Assembly (NCBI GenBank): GCA_964500095.1
Contig: CAZCOF010000002.1
Location: forward strand, 1-36,830
DNA from: an uncultured Oscillospiraceae bacterium
Lineage (GTDB): Bacteria > Bacillota > Clostridia > UBA1381 > UBA9506
DNA length: 36,830 bases
Reading direction: 5' to 3'
The notes beneath the pieces were generated by a model. It made no database searches and was not told the DNA's origin. It was given only the letters and a program-made list of their open reading frames with translations. Of the stretch, positions 27,258 through 36,830 are shown piece by piece. Made by a program: the position numbers and the translations under genes. How positions within the stretch are numbered: the stretch's first letter is position 1; every line of letters begins with the position of its first letter.

Positions 27258-27913
27258 CAAAAAAAGAAAAGGTTTTACATATAAAAGAATATTTTGACAA
27301 AACCTACGGCGATGCTCCGTGTACGTTAGATTATGACGACCCGTTCCAGTTACTCGTTGCGACGGTTTTAGCAGCACAATGCACAGATGCAAGAGTGAAT
27401 TTAGTAACACCTGAGCTTTTTTTAAAGTACCCGAGCGTCGAAGCTTTTTCAAAAGCAAAAGAAGAAGATATTGAAAAAATAATTTTCTCAACAGGTTTTT
27501 ACAGAAATAAAGCTAAAAATATTGTTGCCTGTGCTAAAACCTTAATGGAAAAGCATAAAGGACGAGTGCCTGATACTATGGAAGAATTAATTGCACTACC
27601 CGGTGTCGGCAGAAAAATCGCAAATCTTTTGCTTGGTGACGTTTTTGGGAAACCCTGTATCGTTGTAGATACGCATTGCAAGAGAATAACCAATCTTTTG
27701 GGTCTTACAAAAAATACTGACCCCACAAAAATTGAAATGGATTTACGAAAAGTCGTACCGCCTGAGTACGGAGCGCTTTTCTGTCATCAGTTAGTCGAAC
27801 ACGGAAGAACGATTTGCATAGCTCGTCGTCCGAAATGCGATGAGTGCGGCGTAAAAGAGATTTGCGAATATTACAAAAAGGGAATGAAAAAGCTTGGCAA
27901 AGATAAGACTTGA
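27254..27913 (+). CDS. nth: Endonuclease III
   Basis: 'LLVATVLAAQCTDARVN', HhH 'LPGVGRKIAN', 'VDTH', 4Fe-4S motif C-X6-C-X2-C-X5-C. Confidence 0.96.
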   Translation: MTKKEKVLHIKEYFDKTYGDAPCTLDYDDPFQLLVATVLAAQCTDARVNLVTPELFLKYPSVEAFSKAKEEDIEKIIFSTGFYRNKAKNIVACAKTLMEKHKGRVPDTMEELIALPGVGRKIANLLLGDVFGKPCIVVDTHCKRITNLLGLTKNTDPTKIEMDLRKVVPPEYGALFCHQLVEHGRTICIARRPKCDECGVKEICEYYKKGMKKLGKDKT

Positions 27914-28703
27914 TAGTTTTTTAACAGATAACGGACTTGCCCCGAGCCGTGAAAAAGCGAAGGCTTTAATTATGGCAGGTGTAGTTTACGTTGATAATCA
28001 AAAGGAAGATAAAGCAGGCACATTTATAACAGAAACTCAGAAAGTAGAAGTCAGAGGCGGAGAGTTAAAATACGTAAGTCGTGGCGGATTAAAGCTTGAA
28101 AAAGCGATGAAGTCCTTTGATGTTACGCTTTCCGACAAAGTGTGTATGGATATAGGAGCATCAACAGGCGGATTTACCGACTGTATGCTTCAAAATGGAG
28201 CGAAAAAGGTGTTTGCTGTTGATGTTGGCTACGGACAGCTTGCTTGGAAATTAAGATGTGACGAACGTGTTGTCAATATGGAACGTACAAATATAAGGTA
28301 TGTAACTATTGACGATACAAAAGAGCTGTTGGACTTTGCATCAGTTGACGTTGCGTTTATATCACTAAAACTCGTTTTGCCTGTAGCTTATAATCTTTTA
28401 AAAGACGACGGAGAAGTTGTGGCGTTAATAAAGCCGCAGTTTGAAGCAGGCAAAGAAAAAGTAGGAAAAAAAGGCGTTGTAAAGGATATATCGGTACACA
28501 AAGAAGTGGTAGAAAAAATCTATGACTTTTCACAAGAGATTGGTTTTTCAGTCTTAGGACTTGATTTTTCTCCGATTAAAGGACCTGAAGGGAATATCGA
28601 ATATCTGATTCACCTTAAGAAAAATGGGGAAACTTTGGTAGAAAGAGAGCGAATTGACGAAATTGTAGCTCTTTCTCACGAAAAATTGGATAAAAAGGAA
28701 TAA
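27894..28703 (+). CDS. tlyA: TlyA-family rRNA 2'-O-methyltransferase (S4 + FtsJ domain)
   Basis: 'RLD...SREKAKALIMAG', 'YVSRGGLKL', 'DIGASTGGFTD', 'LIKPQFEAG', 'SPIKGPEGNIEY'. TTG start. Confidence 0.95.
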   Translation: MAKIRLDSFLTDNGLAPSREKAKALIMAGVVYVDNQKEDKAGTFITETQKVEVRGGELKYVSRGGLKLEKAMKSFDVTLSDKVCMDIGASTGGFTDCMLQNGAKKVFAVDVGYGQLAWKLRCDERVVNMERTNIRYVTIDDTKELLDFASVDVAFISLKLVLPVAYNLLKDDGEVVALIKPQFEAGKEKVGKKGVVKDISVHKEVVEKIYDFSQEIGFSVLGLDFSPIKGPEGNIEYLIHLKKNGETLVERERIDEIVALSHEKLDKKE

Positions 28704-28728
28704 TTTTAAAAAATAATAAAAAAAACAC

Positions 28729-28757
28729 TTGATTTTTATTAAAAGTTGTATTATAAT
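28729..28757 (+). promoter_or_regulatory. Sigma-A promoter of rplS
   Basis: TTGATT (28729-28734), 17 nt spacer, TATAAT (28752-28757); A-rich UP element upstream. Confidence 0.75.
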
Positions 28758-28804
28758 CTATTGATGTGAAATATTGCAAACTTATATTGTTTGCTTTTTG
28801 TATT

Positions 28805-28850
28805 ACGGGCGGTCCTCTGGTATTAAAATTTACGAATGAACGTCTTGGCA
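28805..28850 (+). ncRNA. Putative L19 leader (ribosomal protein autoregulatory RNA)
   Basis: GGGCGGTCCTCTG...ATGAACGTCT hairpin with internal loop immediately before the rplS RBS; position and shape match the Firmicute L19 leader. Confidence 0.6.
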
Positions 28851-28868
28851 GGGAGGAGGAAACTCATA

Positions 28869-29210
28869 ATGGATTTAGTTAAGGATTTAACAAAAGAACA
28901 GATTAGAACAGATTTACCTGAACTCGAAGTTGGTTCAACAGTAAAGGTTCACGTTAAGGTTAAGGAAGGAAACCGTGAAAGAATACAGGTTTTTGAAGGC
29001 ACAATTATCAAAATTCAGCACGGCGGTATTCAGAAGACATTTACAGTAAGACGTTTATCTTACGGTGTAGGTGTTGAAAGAACATTCCCTGTAAACTCAC
29101 CTAAAATCGACAAGATTGAAGTGGTTAGAAAGGGTAGAGTAAGAAGAGCACGTCTTTACTACTTAAGAGACAGAGTTGGTAAGGCTGCTAAGGTTAAAGA
29201 AAGACTCTAA
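28869..29210 (+). CDS. rplS: 50S ribosomal protein L19
   Basis: GGAGGAGG RBS; '[13 protein letters not shown]', '[18 protein letters not shown]', '[12 protein letters not shown]'. Confidence 0.98.
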   Translation: MDLVKDLTKEQIRTDLPELEVGSTVKVHVKVKEGNRERIQVFEGTIIKIQHGGIQKTFTVRRLSYGVGVERTFPVNSPKIDKIEVVRKGRVRRARLYYLRDRVGKAAKVKERL

Positions 29211-29231
29211 TTTCAATATTGCTTAAAGTTT

Positions 29232-29273
29232 AATGGCAGGAGTAGGCTCTACTCTTGCCATTTGAACTATTTT
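29232..29273 (+). terminator. Stem-loop/terminator after rplS
   Basis: AATGGCAGGAGTAG-GCT-CTACTCTTGCCATT followed by a T-rich tail. Confidence 0.75.
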
Positions 29274-29318
29274 GCAAATTAATTCTGTGTCGACATTTTG
29301 ACAGAATGGAGAATTATT

Positions 29319-30113
29319 ATGGAAAAAAACAACAGAGAATTAATCACTGAAGATATAGATGAAGTTATAAAAGATGAGTTGTCTTATGACAATGAGATTT
29401 TTTCAAGCGGTGAGATATTAATTGACAATGAGCCGAAAAAAAACAGTATGGCAAAGGAAATCTATGAGTGGGTATCTTCAATTGCTTTAGCTGTAGTGCT
29501 GGCTTTCATAATCAACACATTTTTCTTTTCGCTTGTTCAGGTTGACGGAAATTCAATGCTTCCGACATTACATCACGGCGAGAGATTGATTGTAAGAAAA
29601 ATAGCATATACACCAAAAAATTCCGATGTTGTGATAGTAAAGTCACAGCCGCTTCAAAAATTCATAGTAAAAAGAGTAGTAGCTGTTCCTGCACAAAGTG
29701 TCGGTTTTGACAGCGAATTAAATCTTTTGGTTGACGGACAAAACGTAGAAGAAGGTTATATTGAATCAAAACAAACAAGTATCGGTTATCTTTATAATTA
29801 TCCTGTTAAAGTGCCTCAAAAAGGAGAAATTGCCGATATATCAGTAATCTTTGCAGAACAGGCAAATAAGCCTGATAAAGTAACGATTGAGCAAAAGGAT
29901 GGAAAAATTTATATTTCGGGTTCTTCATTTGTTGCTGACGGCGAATTTGATTTAGAAAAAACAACCTATACCCAGGACGGATATTTTGTATTGGGGGACA
30001 ACAGAAACAATTCAGCAGACAGCAGATTTTTCGGCTTTGTGCCGGAAGATGAAATCGTGGGAGAAGCGGTGTTCAGATTTTTCCCGTTTGATGTTTTTGG
30101 TACAATAAAATAA
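29319..30113 (+). CDS. lepB: Signal peptidase I
   Basis: Single TM; catalytic Ser 'VDGNSMLPTL', Lys 'IVKRVVA', 'YFVLGDNRNNSADSRFFGFV'; rplS-lepB-ylqF synteny. Confidence 0.93.
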   Translation: MEKNNRELITEDIDEVIKDELSYDNEIFSSGEILIDNEPKKNSMAKEIYEWVSSIALAVVLAFIINTFFFSLVQVDGNSMLPTLHHGERLIVRKIAYTPKNSDVVIVKSQPLQKFIVKRVVAVPAQSVGFDSELNLLVDGQNVEEGYIESKQTSIGYLYNYPVKVPQKGEIADISVIFAEQANKPDKVTIEQKDGKIYISGSSFVADGEFDLEKTTYTQDGYFVLGDNRNNSADSRFFGFVPEDEIVGEAVFRFFPFDVFGTIK

Positions 30114-30120
30114 AATCACT

Positions 30121-30150
30121 TCGGCAAAGCAATAAGCTTTGCCGATTTGT
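30121..30150 (+). terminator. Stem-loop between lepB and ylqF (possible weak terminator)
   Basis: TCGGCAAAGC-AATAA-GCTTTGCCGA then TTTGT. Confidence 0.55.
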
Positions 30151-30185
30151 AAATATAAAATGTTTTTAAAAAGGCGGTAGATTTG

Positions 30186-31034
30186 ATGAATATACAATGG
30201 TTTCCGGGACATATGGCAAAAACCCGCAGACAAATTGAAGAAAAATTAAAGCTTATAGATGTGGTTGTAGAGATTTTAGATGCCCGAATTCCAAAGTCAT
30301 CAAAAAACCCCGATATTTCAGAAATGACAAAGGGTAAGCCAAGAATTGTAGTGCTTAATAAGGCAGATTTAGCTGATGAAACAGTAACAAAGTCTTGGGT
30401 TTGCTATTATAAATCAATCGGAGTTGAAGCTTGTGTTGCTGATTCTGCCAGCGGTAAGGGAGTCAATGAATCTGTCAGCTTAATAAAAAAAGTTATGGCG
30501 GATAAAATTGCCCAAGATAAAGAAAAAGGTATGCAGCGAGCAATTAAAATCTTGGTTGCGGGCGTTCCGAATTCCGGAAAATCTTCGTATATTAACCGCT
30601 TAGCAGGAAGAGCAAGTGCTACAGTAGGTGACCGACCCGGTGTTACTCGCGGTCAGCAATGGATAAGACTAAAATCAGGAATTGAGCTTTTGGACACTCC
30701 AGGTATTTTGTGGCCTAAATTTGAAGACGAAGAAGTTGGAGTTCACCTTGCCTTTACGGGTGCCGTAAAGGATGAAATCATAGACGTTGAGCTTTTGGCC
30801 TGCAAGTTAGCCGAGTTTTTGAATGAAAACTACCGAGAGCTTTTGTGTAGCCGATACAAATTAGAAAATACACAAGGGATGCAAGGCTTTGAGCTTGTAG
30901 AGTATATAGGCAGAAAAAGGGGTTTTGTAATATCTGGCGGCGAGATTGATTTTTTACGGGCGTCAAACATTTTGCTTGATGAATTCCGCTCGACCAAAAT
31001 AGGAAAAATCTCTATTGAAAAACCGGAGGAATAA
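30186..31034 (+). CDS. ylqF: Ribosome biogenesis GTPase YlqF/RbgA
   Basis: 'IQWFPGHMAK', 'LDARIP', 'NKADL', 'GVPNSGKSS', 'PGVTR', 'LLDTPGILWPKF'. Confidence 0.97.
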   Translation: MNIQWFPGHMAKTRRQIEEKLKLIDVVVEILDARIPKSSKNPDISEMTKGKPRIVVLNKADLADETVTKSWVCYYKSIGVEACVADSASGKGVNESVSLIKKVMADKIAQDKEKGMQRAIKILVAGVPNSGKSSYINRLAGRASATVGDRPGVTRGQQWIRLKSGIELLDTPGILWPKFEDEEVGVHLAFTGAVKDEIIDVELLACKLAEFLNENYRELLCSRYKLENTQGMQGFELVEYIGRKRGFVISGGEIDFLRASNILLDEFRSTKIGKISIEKPEE

Positions 31035-31649
31035 ATGACACTACACGAGTTCGATTTAGAAAAAATATCACAAAAGAATATAAGCTATTTAGCCGGAGTC
31101 GACGAAGCGGGACGTGGCCCTTTAGCCGGTCCTGTATGCGCTGCCGCCGTAATTTTGCCTAAGGATTTTTTTGTCGCAGAAATCAACGACTCAAAAAAGC
31201 TGACAGAGAAAAAACGTGAAAAGCTTTATGATGTAATTATAGAGAATGCCATAAGCTATTCTATAGCCTTTGCAGATGTTGAATATATTGAAAAAAACAA
31301 TATCTTACAGGCTACATTTTTTGCAATGAAAACAGCGGTAGAAGGATTAAATATAACACCTGATTATGTCTTGATTGACGGAAACCGCACACAGGGAATA
31401 AATCTTCCGACGGAGTGCGTGGTAGGCGGGGATGCAAAGAGCCAGTCAATTGCTGCAGCATCGATATTAGCAAAAGTTACAAGGGACAGATACTGTTTAG
31501 ATGTTTTAGATAAAAAATACCCCGAGTATTGCTTTTTTAAGCACAAAGGCTACGGTACAAAGCTTCATACAGAAAAGCTTTTGGAATTCGGTCCCTGTCC
31601 TGAACACAGAATGTCTTTTTTGACTAAAATTTTAGGTGGTAAGAAATGA
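31035..31649 (+). CDS. rnhB: Ribonuclease HII
   Basis: 'AGVDEAGRGPLAGPV', 'INDSKKL', 'LIDGN', 'IAAASILAKVTRD', 'HKGYGT'. Confidence 0.97.
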   Translation: MTLHEFDLEKISQKNISYLAGVDEAGRGPLAGPVCAAAVILPKDFFVAEINDSKKLTEKKREKLYDVIIENAISYSIAFADVEYIEKNNILQATFFAMKTAVEGLNITPDYVLIDGNRTQGINLPTECVVGGDAKSQSIAAASILAKVTRDRYCLDVLDKKYPEYCFFKHKGYGTKLHTEKLLEFGPCPEHRMSFLTKILGGKK

Positions 31650-31996
31650 TTTTTAACAGCGGAAAAACAGGCGAAGCAATAGCGGCTAAATATTTAAAAA
31701 AGAGCGGGTACAAAATTTTGGAGCGAAATTACAGAAAAAAGTACGGAGAAATCGATATAATAGCCCAAAAAGGCGAAAACATCGCCTTTGTCGAAGTTAA
31801 AACGAGAAAGAGCGACTTATACGGCACTCCGTCTGAATTTGTAACAGCAAAAAAACAGGCTAAAATAAAAAAAGCTGCATATACATATATTCAGGAAAAC
31901 GATTTGGACGCTGATTTTACATTTGACATTATAGAAGTCTACTTAAATTCAAAGGGTGAAAATGTAAATCATATAATAGGTGCGTTTTATATTTAG
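31646..31996 (+). CDS. YraN family (UPF0102) putative endonuclease
   Basis: 'GEAIAAKYL..GYKILERNYR..GEIDIIA...FVEVKTR'; follows rnhB. Confidence 0.93.
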   Translation: MIFNSGKTGEAIAAKYLKKSGYKILERNYRKKYGEIDIIAQKGENIAFVEVKTRKSDLYGTPSEFVTAKKQAKIKKAAYTYIQENDLDADFTFDIIEVYLNSKGENVNHIIGAFYI

Positions 31997-32005
31997 GAGT
32001 GAAAT

Positions 32006-32935
32006 ATGTATAAAATAATTGATACTCATTGCGATACGGCATCAGCACTTTTGGATAGAGATGAAACCTTAGAAAAAAACGGCTGTATGCTAAACCTTCA
32101 GGCTATGAAAAAATACCAAAGCTATGTGCAGTTTTTTGCTGCATACGTAAGCAAAAAGTATCAAAATCCGATGCTTCGTGCGGTAGAAATTTTAGATAAA
32201 GCCAAGCAGGAAATTAAAAAACACAACATAAAGCTAATTCTTAATTCAAATGATTTAGATGATGTTATAAATAAAAACTCATACGGTGGAATTTTAGCAA
32301 TAGAAGATGCAAGAGCACTATGCGGCTCGCCTTCTTCTTTGAGGTTTTTTTATGATTACGGCGTTCGTGCTGTAACTTTGGCGTGGAATGACGACAACGA
32401 AGTAACAGACGGTGCAGATTCTTTAAAAAATAGCGGATTAACGCCGTTTGGCAGAGAGGTGGTAAGAGAAATGAACCGTCTCGGTATGATGATAGATGTA
32501 TCACACATAACCCAAAAAGGTTTTTATGATGTGCTGGAAGAAAGTAATGTCCCCATTATGGCGTCACACTCTAACTGTTATTCGGTTTGTTCTCACAGAA
32601 GGAATTTAAACGACGAGCAGATAAAAGCACTTATAAAAAACAATGGGTTGATGTGCATAAATATCTATCCGCCGTTTTTAGAAAATAATCCTGAAAATGC
32701 AGATATTGACAGTATCATTTCTCATATTGACCACGTTTTGTCATTGGGTGGGGAAGACCATTTGGGATTAGGCTCTGACTTTGACGGAATAGATAAAACG
32801 CCAAAAGATATACATAATCTTTCAGATTACAAAAAAATATTTGAAAAAATGATAAAATTGGGATATAATACGAATATAATAGATAAAATAACATATTTGA
32901 ATACACAAAACTTTTTAAAAAAAGTGTTAAAATAA
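32006..32935 (+). CDS. Membrane dipeptidase family (peptidase M19)
   Basis: 'IDTHCDT', '[24 protein letters not shown]', 'ASHSN', 'RNLND', 'GLGSDFDG'. Confidence 0.93.
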   Translation: MYKIIDTHCDTASALLDRDETLEKNGCMLNLQAMKKYQSYVQFFAAYVSKKYQNPMLRAVEILDKAKQEIKKHNIKLILNSNDLDDVINKNSYGGILAIEDARALCGSPSSLRFFYDYGVRAVTLAWNDDNEVTDGADSLKNSGLTPFGREVVREMNRLGMMIDVSHITQKGFYDVLEESNVPIMASHSNCYSVCSHRRNLNDEQIKALIKNNGLMCINIYPPFLENNPENADIDSIISHIDHVLSLGGEDHLGLGSDFDGIDKTPKDIHNLSDYKKIFEKMIKLGYNTNIIDKITYLNTQNFLKKVLK

Positions 32936-32964
32936 ACGATAGAACAATAATAAAGGAGATAGAA

Positions 32965-34317
32965 ATGAACAGCATATCATTAGACTACTCAAATCTATGC
33001 GGTATTGTTACGGATGAAGAAATTAAATCAATGGAAAGTGCACTTTTTGATGCACACAAAAAACTGACACAAAAAACAGGCGAGGGCAACGACTTTTTAG
33101 GTTGGCTCAATCTTCCTTTTGATTATGACAAAGAAGAATTTGAAAGAATAAAAAAGGCAGCTCAAAAGATAAAAGAAACTTCTGATGTTTTAGTTGTAAT
33201 CGGCATTGGCGGTTCATACTTAGGAGCTAAAGCTGCTATTGATATGCTTTCTGATAATTTTTATAATTTACAGCCAAAGGATAAAAGAAAGACACCACAG
33301 ATTCTGTTTGCGGGAAATTCTATCAGCGGTTCGTATCTTGCGCAATTAGTTGAATACGTAAAGGACAAGGACTTTTCAGTAAACATAATCTCAAAATCAG
33401 GTACAACAACCGAACCTGCAATTGCTTTTCGTGTATTTAAAAGCTTGCTTGAAGAAAAATACGGCAAAGCAGGAGCAAAAGAAAGAATTTATGCTACAAC
33501 CGATAAATCACGCGGAGCGCTAAAGAACTTGGCGACAGAAGAAGGCTATGAAACATTCGTTGTTCCCGACGATGTAGGCGGAAGATTTTCTGTATTAACA
33601 GCGGTAGGGCTTTTGCCGATTGCTGTATCCGGTGCAGATATAAATAAGCTTATGGAAGGTGCTCAAAAAGCATCACAAAACTACGAAAAGTGCGATATAA
33701 AAAACAACGACTGCTATATGTATGCAGTTTTAAGAAACATCTTGTTAAATAAGGGTAAATCCATTGAAATTATGGTAAATTACGAGCCAAGACTTCATTA
33801 TTTTGCTGAATGGTGGAAACAGCTCTTCGGCGAAAGCGAAGGAAAAGACGGAAAAGGTATTTTTCCTGCTGCAGTAGATTTTTCAACGGACTTACACTCA
33901 ATGGGACAGTATATTCAAGACGGCAGACGCGTACTTTTTGAAACTGTACTGAATGTTGAAAAAACGAATGATGATGTGATTATTGAAAAAACAGAAGACA
34001 ACATTGACGGTTTAAACTTCTTAGCAGGAAAGACAGTAAGCTATGTAAACAACAGAGCGTTTTTAGGAACACTACTTGCTCACAATGACGGCGGAGTGCC
34101 GAATTTGGTTGTCAACATTCCTGAAATCAATGAGTTTTTCTTAGGACAGCTGATTTTCTTCTTTGAAAAAGCCTGCGGCATTTCAGCGTATATTTTGGGT
34201 GTAAATCCGTTTAATCAACCCGGTGTTGAAGAGTACAAAAAGAATATGTTTGCACTTTTGGGAAAACCGGGCTATGAGAAAGAAAAAGATATACTTGAAA
34301 AAAGACTTAATCTGTGA
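32965..34317 (+). CDS. pgi: Glucose-6-phosphate isomerase
   Basis: '[10 protein letters not shown]', '[10 protein letters not shown]', 'VGGRFSVLT', '[12 protein letters not shown]', 'DLHSMGQ', '[12 protein letters not shown]'. Confidence 0.98.
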   Translation: MNSISLDYSNLCGIVTDEEIKSMESALFDAHKKLTQKTGEGNDFLGWLNLPFDYDKEEFERIKKAAQKIKETSDVLVVIGIGGSYLGAKAAIDMLSDNFYNLQPKDKRKTPQILFAGNSISGSYLAQLVEYVKDKDFSVNIISKSGTTTEPAIAFRVFKSLLEEKYGKAGAKERIYATTDKSRGALKNLATEEGYETFVVPDDVGGRFSVLTAVGLLPIAVSGADINKLMEGAQKASQNYEKCDIKNNDCYMYAVLRNILLNKGKSIEIMVNYEPRLHYFAEWWKQLFGESEGKDGKGIFPAAVDFSTDLHSMGQYIQDGRRVLFETVLNVEKTNDDVIIEKTEDNIDGLNFLAGKTVSYVNNRAFLGTLLAHNDGGVPNLVVNIPEINEFFLGQLIFFFEKACGISAYILGVNPFNQPGVEEYKKNMFALLGKPGYEKEKDILEKRLNL

Positions 34318-34323
34318 TAAAAT

Positions 34324-34370
34324 TACTGCACTTGGATTTTTTTACAAAAACCAAGTGCGTAGTTTTTTGT
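34324..34370 (+). terminator. Intrinsic terminator-like hairpin after pgi
   Basis: GCACTTGG...CCAAGTGC stem followed by GTAGTTTTTTGT. Confidence 0.65.
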
Positions 34371-34391
34371 TACATCTATGGAGGTAGAAAA

Positions 34392-35888
34392 ATGCAATTT
34401 ATAAGTACAAGAGATAAAAATGTGAGTGTAACATCAGCAATGGCAATCAAGACAGGCTTGTCTTTAGACGGGGGCTTGTTTTTGCCTGAGAGCATACCGC
34501 ACGTTGACTTAGATACAATTAAATCTTTGGCTACAATGTCATACACACAAAGGGCAAAGAAAATCTTAGGACTTTTCTTAACCGATTTTACAGACGAAGA
34601 GCTTACAGATTGTGTAAATAAGGCGTATAACCGCGAAAAGTTTGAAACAGATGAAATAGCACCTGTTTATAAAACAACAGACAACACCTACTTTTTAGAA
34701 CTGTGGCACGGACCGACGTGTGCGTTTAAGGATATGGCGTTACAGATTTTGCCGCATCTTTTGTCGAAGTCAATCAAAAAAACAGGTGAAACAAAAGAAG
34801 TTGTTATCTTGGTTGCTACATCGGGTGATACGGGTAAAGCAGCCTTAGAAGGCTTTAAAGACGTAGATGGTACAAGAATTATTGTATTTTATCCCGAAAA
34901 GGGCGTAAGTGATATTCAAAAACGCCAGATGGTTACACAAGAGGGCAACAACGTTGACGTTGCTGCAGTTGTAGGCAACTTTGACGACGCTCAAAGTGGT
35001 GTAAAGAAGATTTTTACAGACAGAGAATACAGCGATTTACTTTCTCGCAATGACTTTATTTTGTCAAGTGCAAACTCAATCAACTGGGGAAGATTGGTTC
35101 CGCAGATTGTTTACTATTTCTCAGCTTATGCAAACCTTTTAAAAAACTCAGAAATCAAGCTTGGAGAAAAAATCAATTTTGTAGTTCCGACAGGTAACTT
35201 CGGTAACATCTTAGCAGGTTATTATGCAAAGGAAATGGGACTTCCCGTAAACAAATTAATATGTGCATCTAACGAAAACAATGTTTTGACAGATTTTATA
35301 AAAACAGGCGTCTATGACAAAGAACGTGCCTTTAAAACAACAATATCTCCGTCTATGGACATATTAATCTCAAGCAATTTAGAAAGACTTTTATTCATTG
35401 CAACAAACGGCGATGATAAGCAGGTTTTAACCTGGATGAATGAATTAAAAGAAAATGGAAAATACGAAGTTACAAAAGAAGTTTTAGATAAAATCAGTGA
35501 AGTTTTTGTTGCAGGCTGTTGCTCAGACGATGAAACCTTAGCTCAAATCAAAAAGACAGAGGCAGAAAACAGCTATGTAATGGACACACATACTGCAGTT
35601 GCTAAAAAAGTTTATGATGACTATAAAGCACAGTCAGGAGATGAAACAAAGACAGTTATCGTGTCAACCGCAAGTCCGTTTAAATTTGCTGACAGCGTGC
35701 TATCTGCAATAAAAGACGAAATTTTATCAACCAACGAATTTGAAATGTTAGATGAATTATCAGTAGCGTCGGATTTAGCTGTTCCGAAACCATTGGCGAC
35801 ATTAAGCGAAAAGCCTGTAATCTTTACTACAACGTGCGAAAAAGAAGAAATGTATGATGTTGTAAGCCAGATGTTAAATCTCGCTTAG
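34392..35888 (+). CDS. thrC: Threonine synthase
   Basis: GGAGG RBS then MQFISTR; PLP-Lys 'LELWHGPTCAFKDMAL', 'ATSGDTG', 'ANSINWGR', 'VPTGNFGN', 'STASPFKF'. Confidence 0.96.
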   Translation: MQFISTRDKNVSVTSAMAIKTGLSLDGGLFLPESIPHVDLDTIKSLATMSYTQRAKKILGLFLTDFTDEELTDCVNKAYNREKFETDEIAPVYKTTDNTYFLELWHGPTCAFKDMALQILPHLLSKSIKKTGETKEVVILVATSGDTGKAALEGFKDVDGTRIIVFYPEKGVSDIQKRQMVTQEGNNVDVAAVVGNFDDAQSGVKKIFTDREYSDLLSRNDFILSSANSINWGRLVPQIVYYFSAYANLLKNSEIKLGEKINFVVPTGNFGNILAGYYAKEMGLPVNKLICASNENNVLTDFIKTGVYDKERAFKTTISPSMDILISSNLERLLFIATNGDDKQVLTWMNELKENGKYEVTKEVLDKISEVFVAGCCSDDETLAQIKKTEAENSYVMDTHTAVAKKVYDDYKAQSGDETKTVIVSTASPFKFADSVLSAIKDEILSTNEFEMLDELSVASDLAVPKPLATLSEKPVIFTTTCEKEEMYDVVSQMLNLA

Positions 35889-35897
35889 GAGGGCAAA

Positions 35898-36830
35898 ATG
35901 GACTGGATTAAGCTTACGATTTCCACGACAACGCAGGGAATTGAAACAGTATGCGCTGTACTAATGGAGCAGGGTGTATCAGGCGTTGAAATTGATGACT
36001 CTTTAGATTTTCATAATTTTTTGGAAAACAACCGCGACAAGTGGGATTACGTTGACGAAGAACTCTTACGTGCGCACGAATCAGGCTCATACGTTAGTTT
36101 TTATGTTACAGATGATGCTGACGGAAAAGAAACACTTTCGTTGGTAAAATCAGCACTAAGCGCATTAAAATCACAAGATGCTGACAATGAATACGGTACT
36201 TTAGAAATCAGCGGAACAAATATGAAGGAAGAAGACTGGTCCGAAAACTGGAAACAGTATTTTAAGCCGTTAAATGTCGGCGATAAAATTTTAATTCTTC
36301 CTGAATGGGAAACGATTGATGAACCGACAGACAGAACAGTTTTTACTGTAAATCCCGGTATGAGCTTTGGTACGGGTGCGCACCATACGACACAGCTGTG
36401 CATCAAGGCTTTGGAAAAACATTTAGACAACGGTATGACAGTTTTGGACTTAGGCTGCGGAAGCGGAATTTTGTCAATTATTTCGCTTTTGTTGGGAGCA
36501 GATCACGCAACGGCTGTTGATATTGATGAAAATGCTGTAAAAATCGCAGTGGAAAATGCCCGAAAGAACAATATTGATTTAAATAAATACCGTACAATGG
36601 CAGGAAATGTCACTTGCGATAAAGAATTGTTTTCGAAAATTTCTGACAGAAAGTATGATATTGTTCTTGCGAATATCGTTGCTGATGTAATTATCGGAAT
36701 TCGTGACATTGTACCCGAATTTTTGCGTGACGGCGGCATATTTATAACGTCGGGAATTATAGAAGAAAGGCTAAATGACGTAGCATCTGCCTATAAGGAA
36801 TCGAACCTTACACTTTTATCGGAAGAGCAT
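35898..36830 (+). CDS. prmA: Ribosomal protein L11 methyltransferase, 3'-truncated by window edge (absent from the ORF track)
   Basis: AGGAGG RBS, ATG 35898: MDWIKLTISTT...EEDWSENWKQYFKP...NPGMSFGTGAHHTT...VLDLGCGSGILSI...ANIVADVI...SGII; open to the end of the window. Confidence 0.95.
   Translation, partial: MDWIKLTISTTTQGIETVCAVLMEQGVSGVEIDDSLDFHNFLENNRDKWDYVDEELLRAHESGSYVSFYVTDDADGKETLSLVKSALSALKSQDADNEYGTLEISGTNMKEEDWSENWKQYFKPLNVGDKILILPEWETIDEPTDRTVFTVNPGMSFGTGAHHTTQLCIKALEKHLDNGMTVLDLGCGSGILSIISLLLGADHATAVDIDENAVKIAVENARKNNIDLNKYRTMAGNVTCDKELFSKISDRKYDIVLANIVADVIIGIRDIVPEFLRDGGIFITSGIIEERLNDVASAYKESNLTLLSEEH

Noticed and set aside
27894..28703. TlyA as a hemolysin/virulence factor
   Set aside because: The sequence supports only the housekeeping rRNA methyltransferase role; the hemolysin label cannot be supported from sequence.
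36101..36739. Two minus-strand ORFs at the right end
   Set aside because: Antisense to prmA, which is clearly encoded on the + strand.

Overview
AT-rich chromosomal window from a Clostridia-like (Bacillota) bacterium; nearly all genes are on the + strand. Left flank (1-2381): a 5'-truncated DUF1538 membrane protein, a tandem P-II-like protein and ttcA. Centre (2433-27257): a ~25 kb accessory glycan-foraging locus. A divergent AraC regulator precedes four very large secreted modular proteins: a metallophosphoesterase-FN3-4xCBM6/35-like protein, a GH141-like beta-helix enzyme with an inserted discoidin domain, and two SLH-anchored discoidin-bearing proteins with no recognisable catalytic domain. 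These are followed by a GH36 alpha-galactosidase, an orphan sugar-binding lipoprotein, a galK split exactly at a C_CCA_AAG slippery heptamer, and a secreted phosphodiester glycosidase (NAGPA-like). Right flank (27254-36830): housekeeping genes nth, tlyA, rplS (with L19 leader), lepB, ylqF/rbgA, rnhB, yraN, an M19 dipeptidase, pgi, thrC and 3'-truncated prmA. No rRNA, tRNA, CRISPR array, integrase or transposase was seen. The best candidate for an undescribed system is the central locus: possibly a cohesin/dockerin-free, S-layer-anchored enzyme display system targeting phosphodiester-linked, galactose-containing glycans, with several RNA structures that may tune expression. All domain calls come from motif recognition by eye, not database searches.
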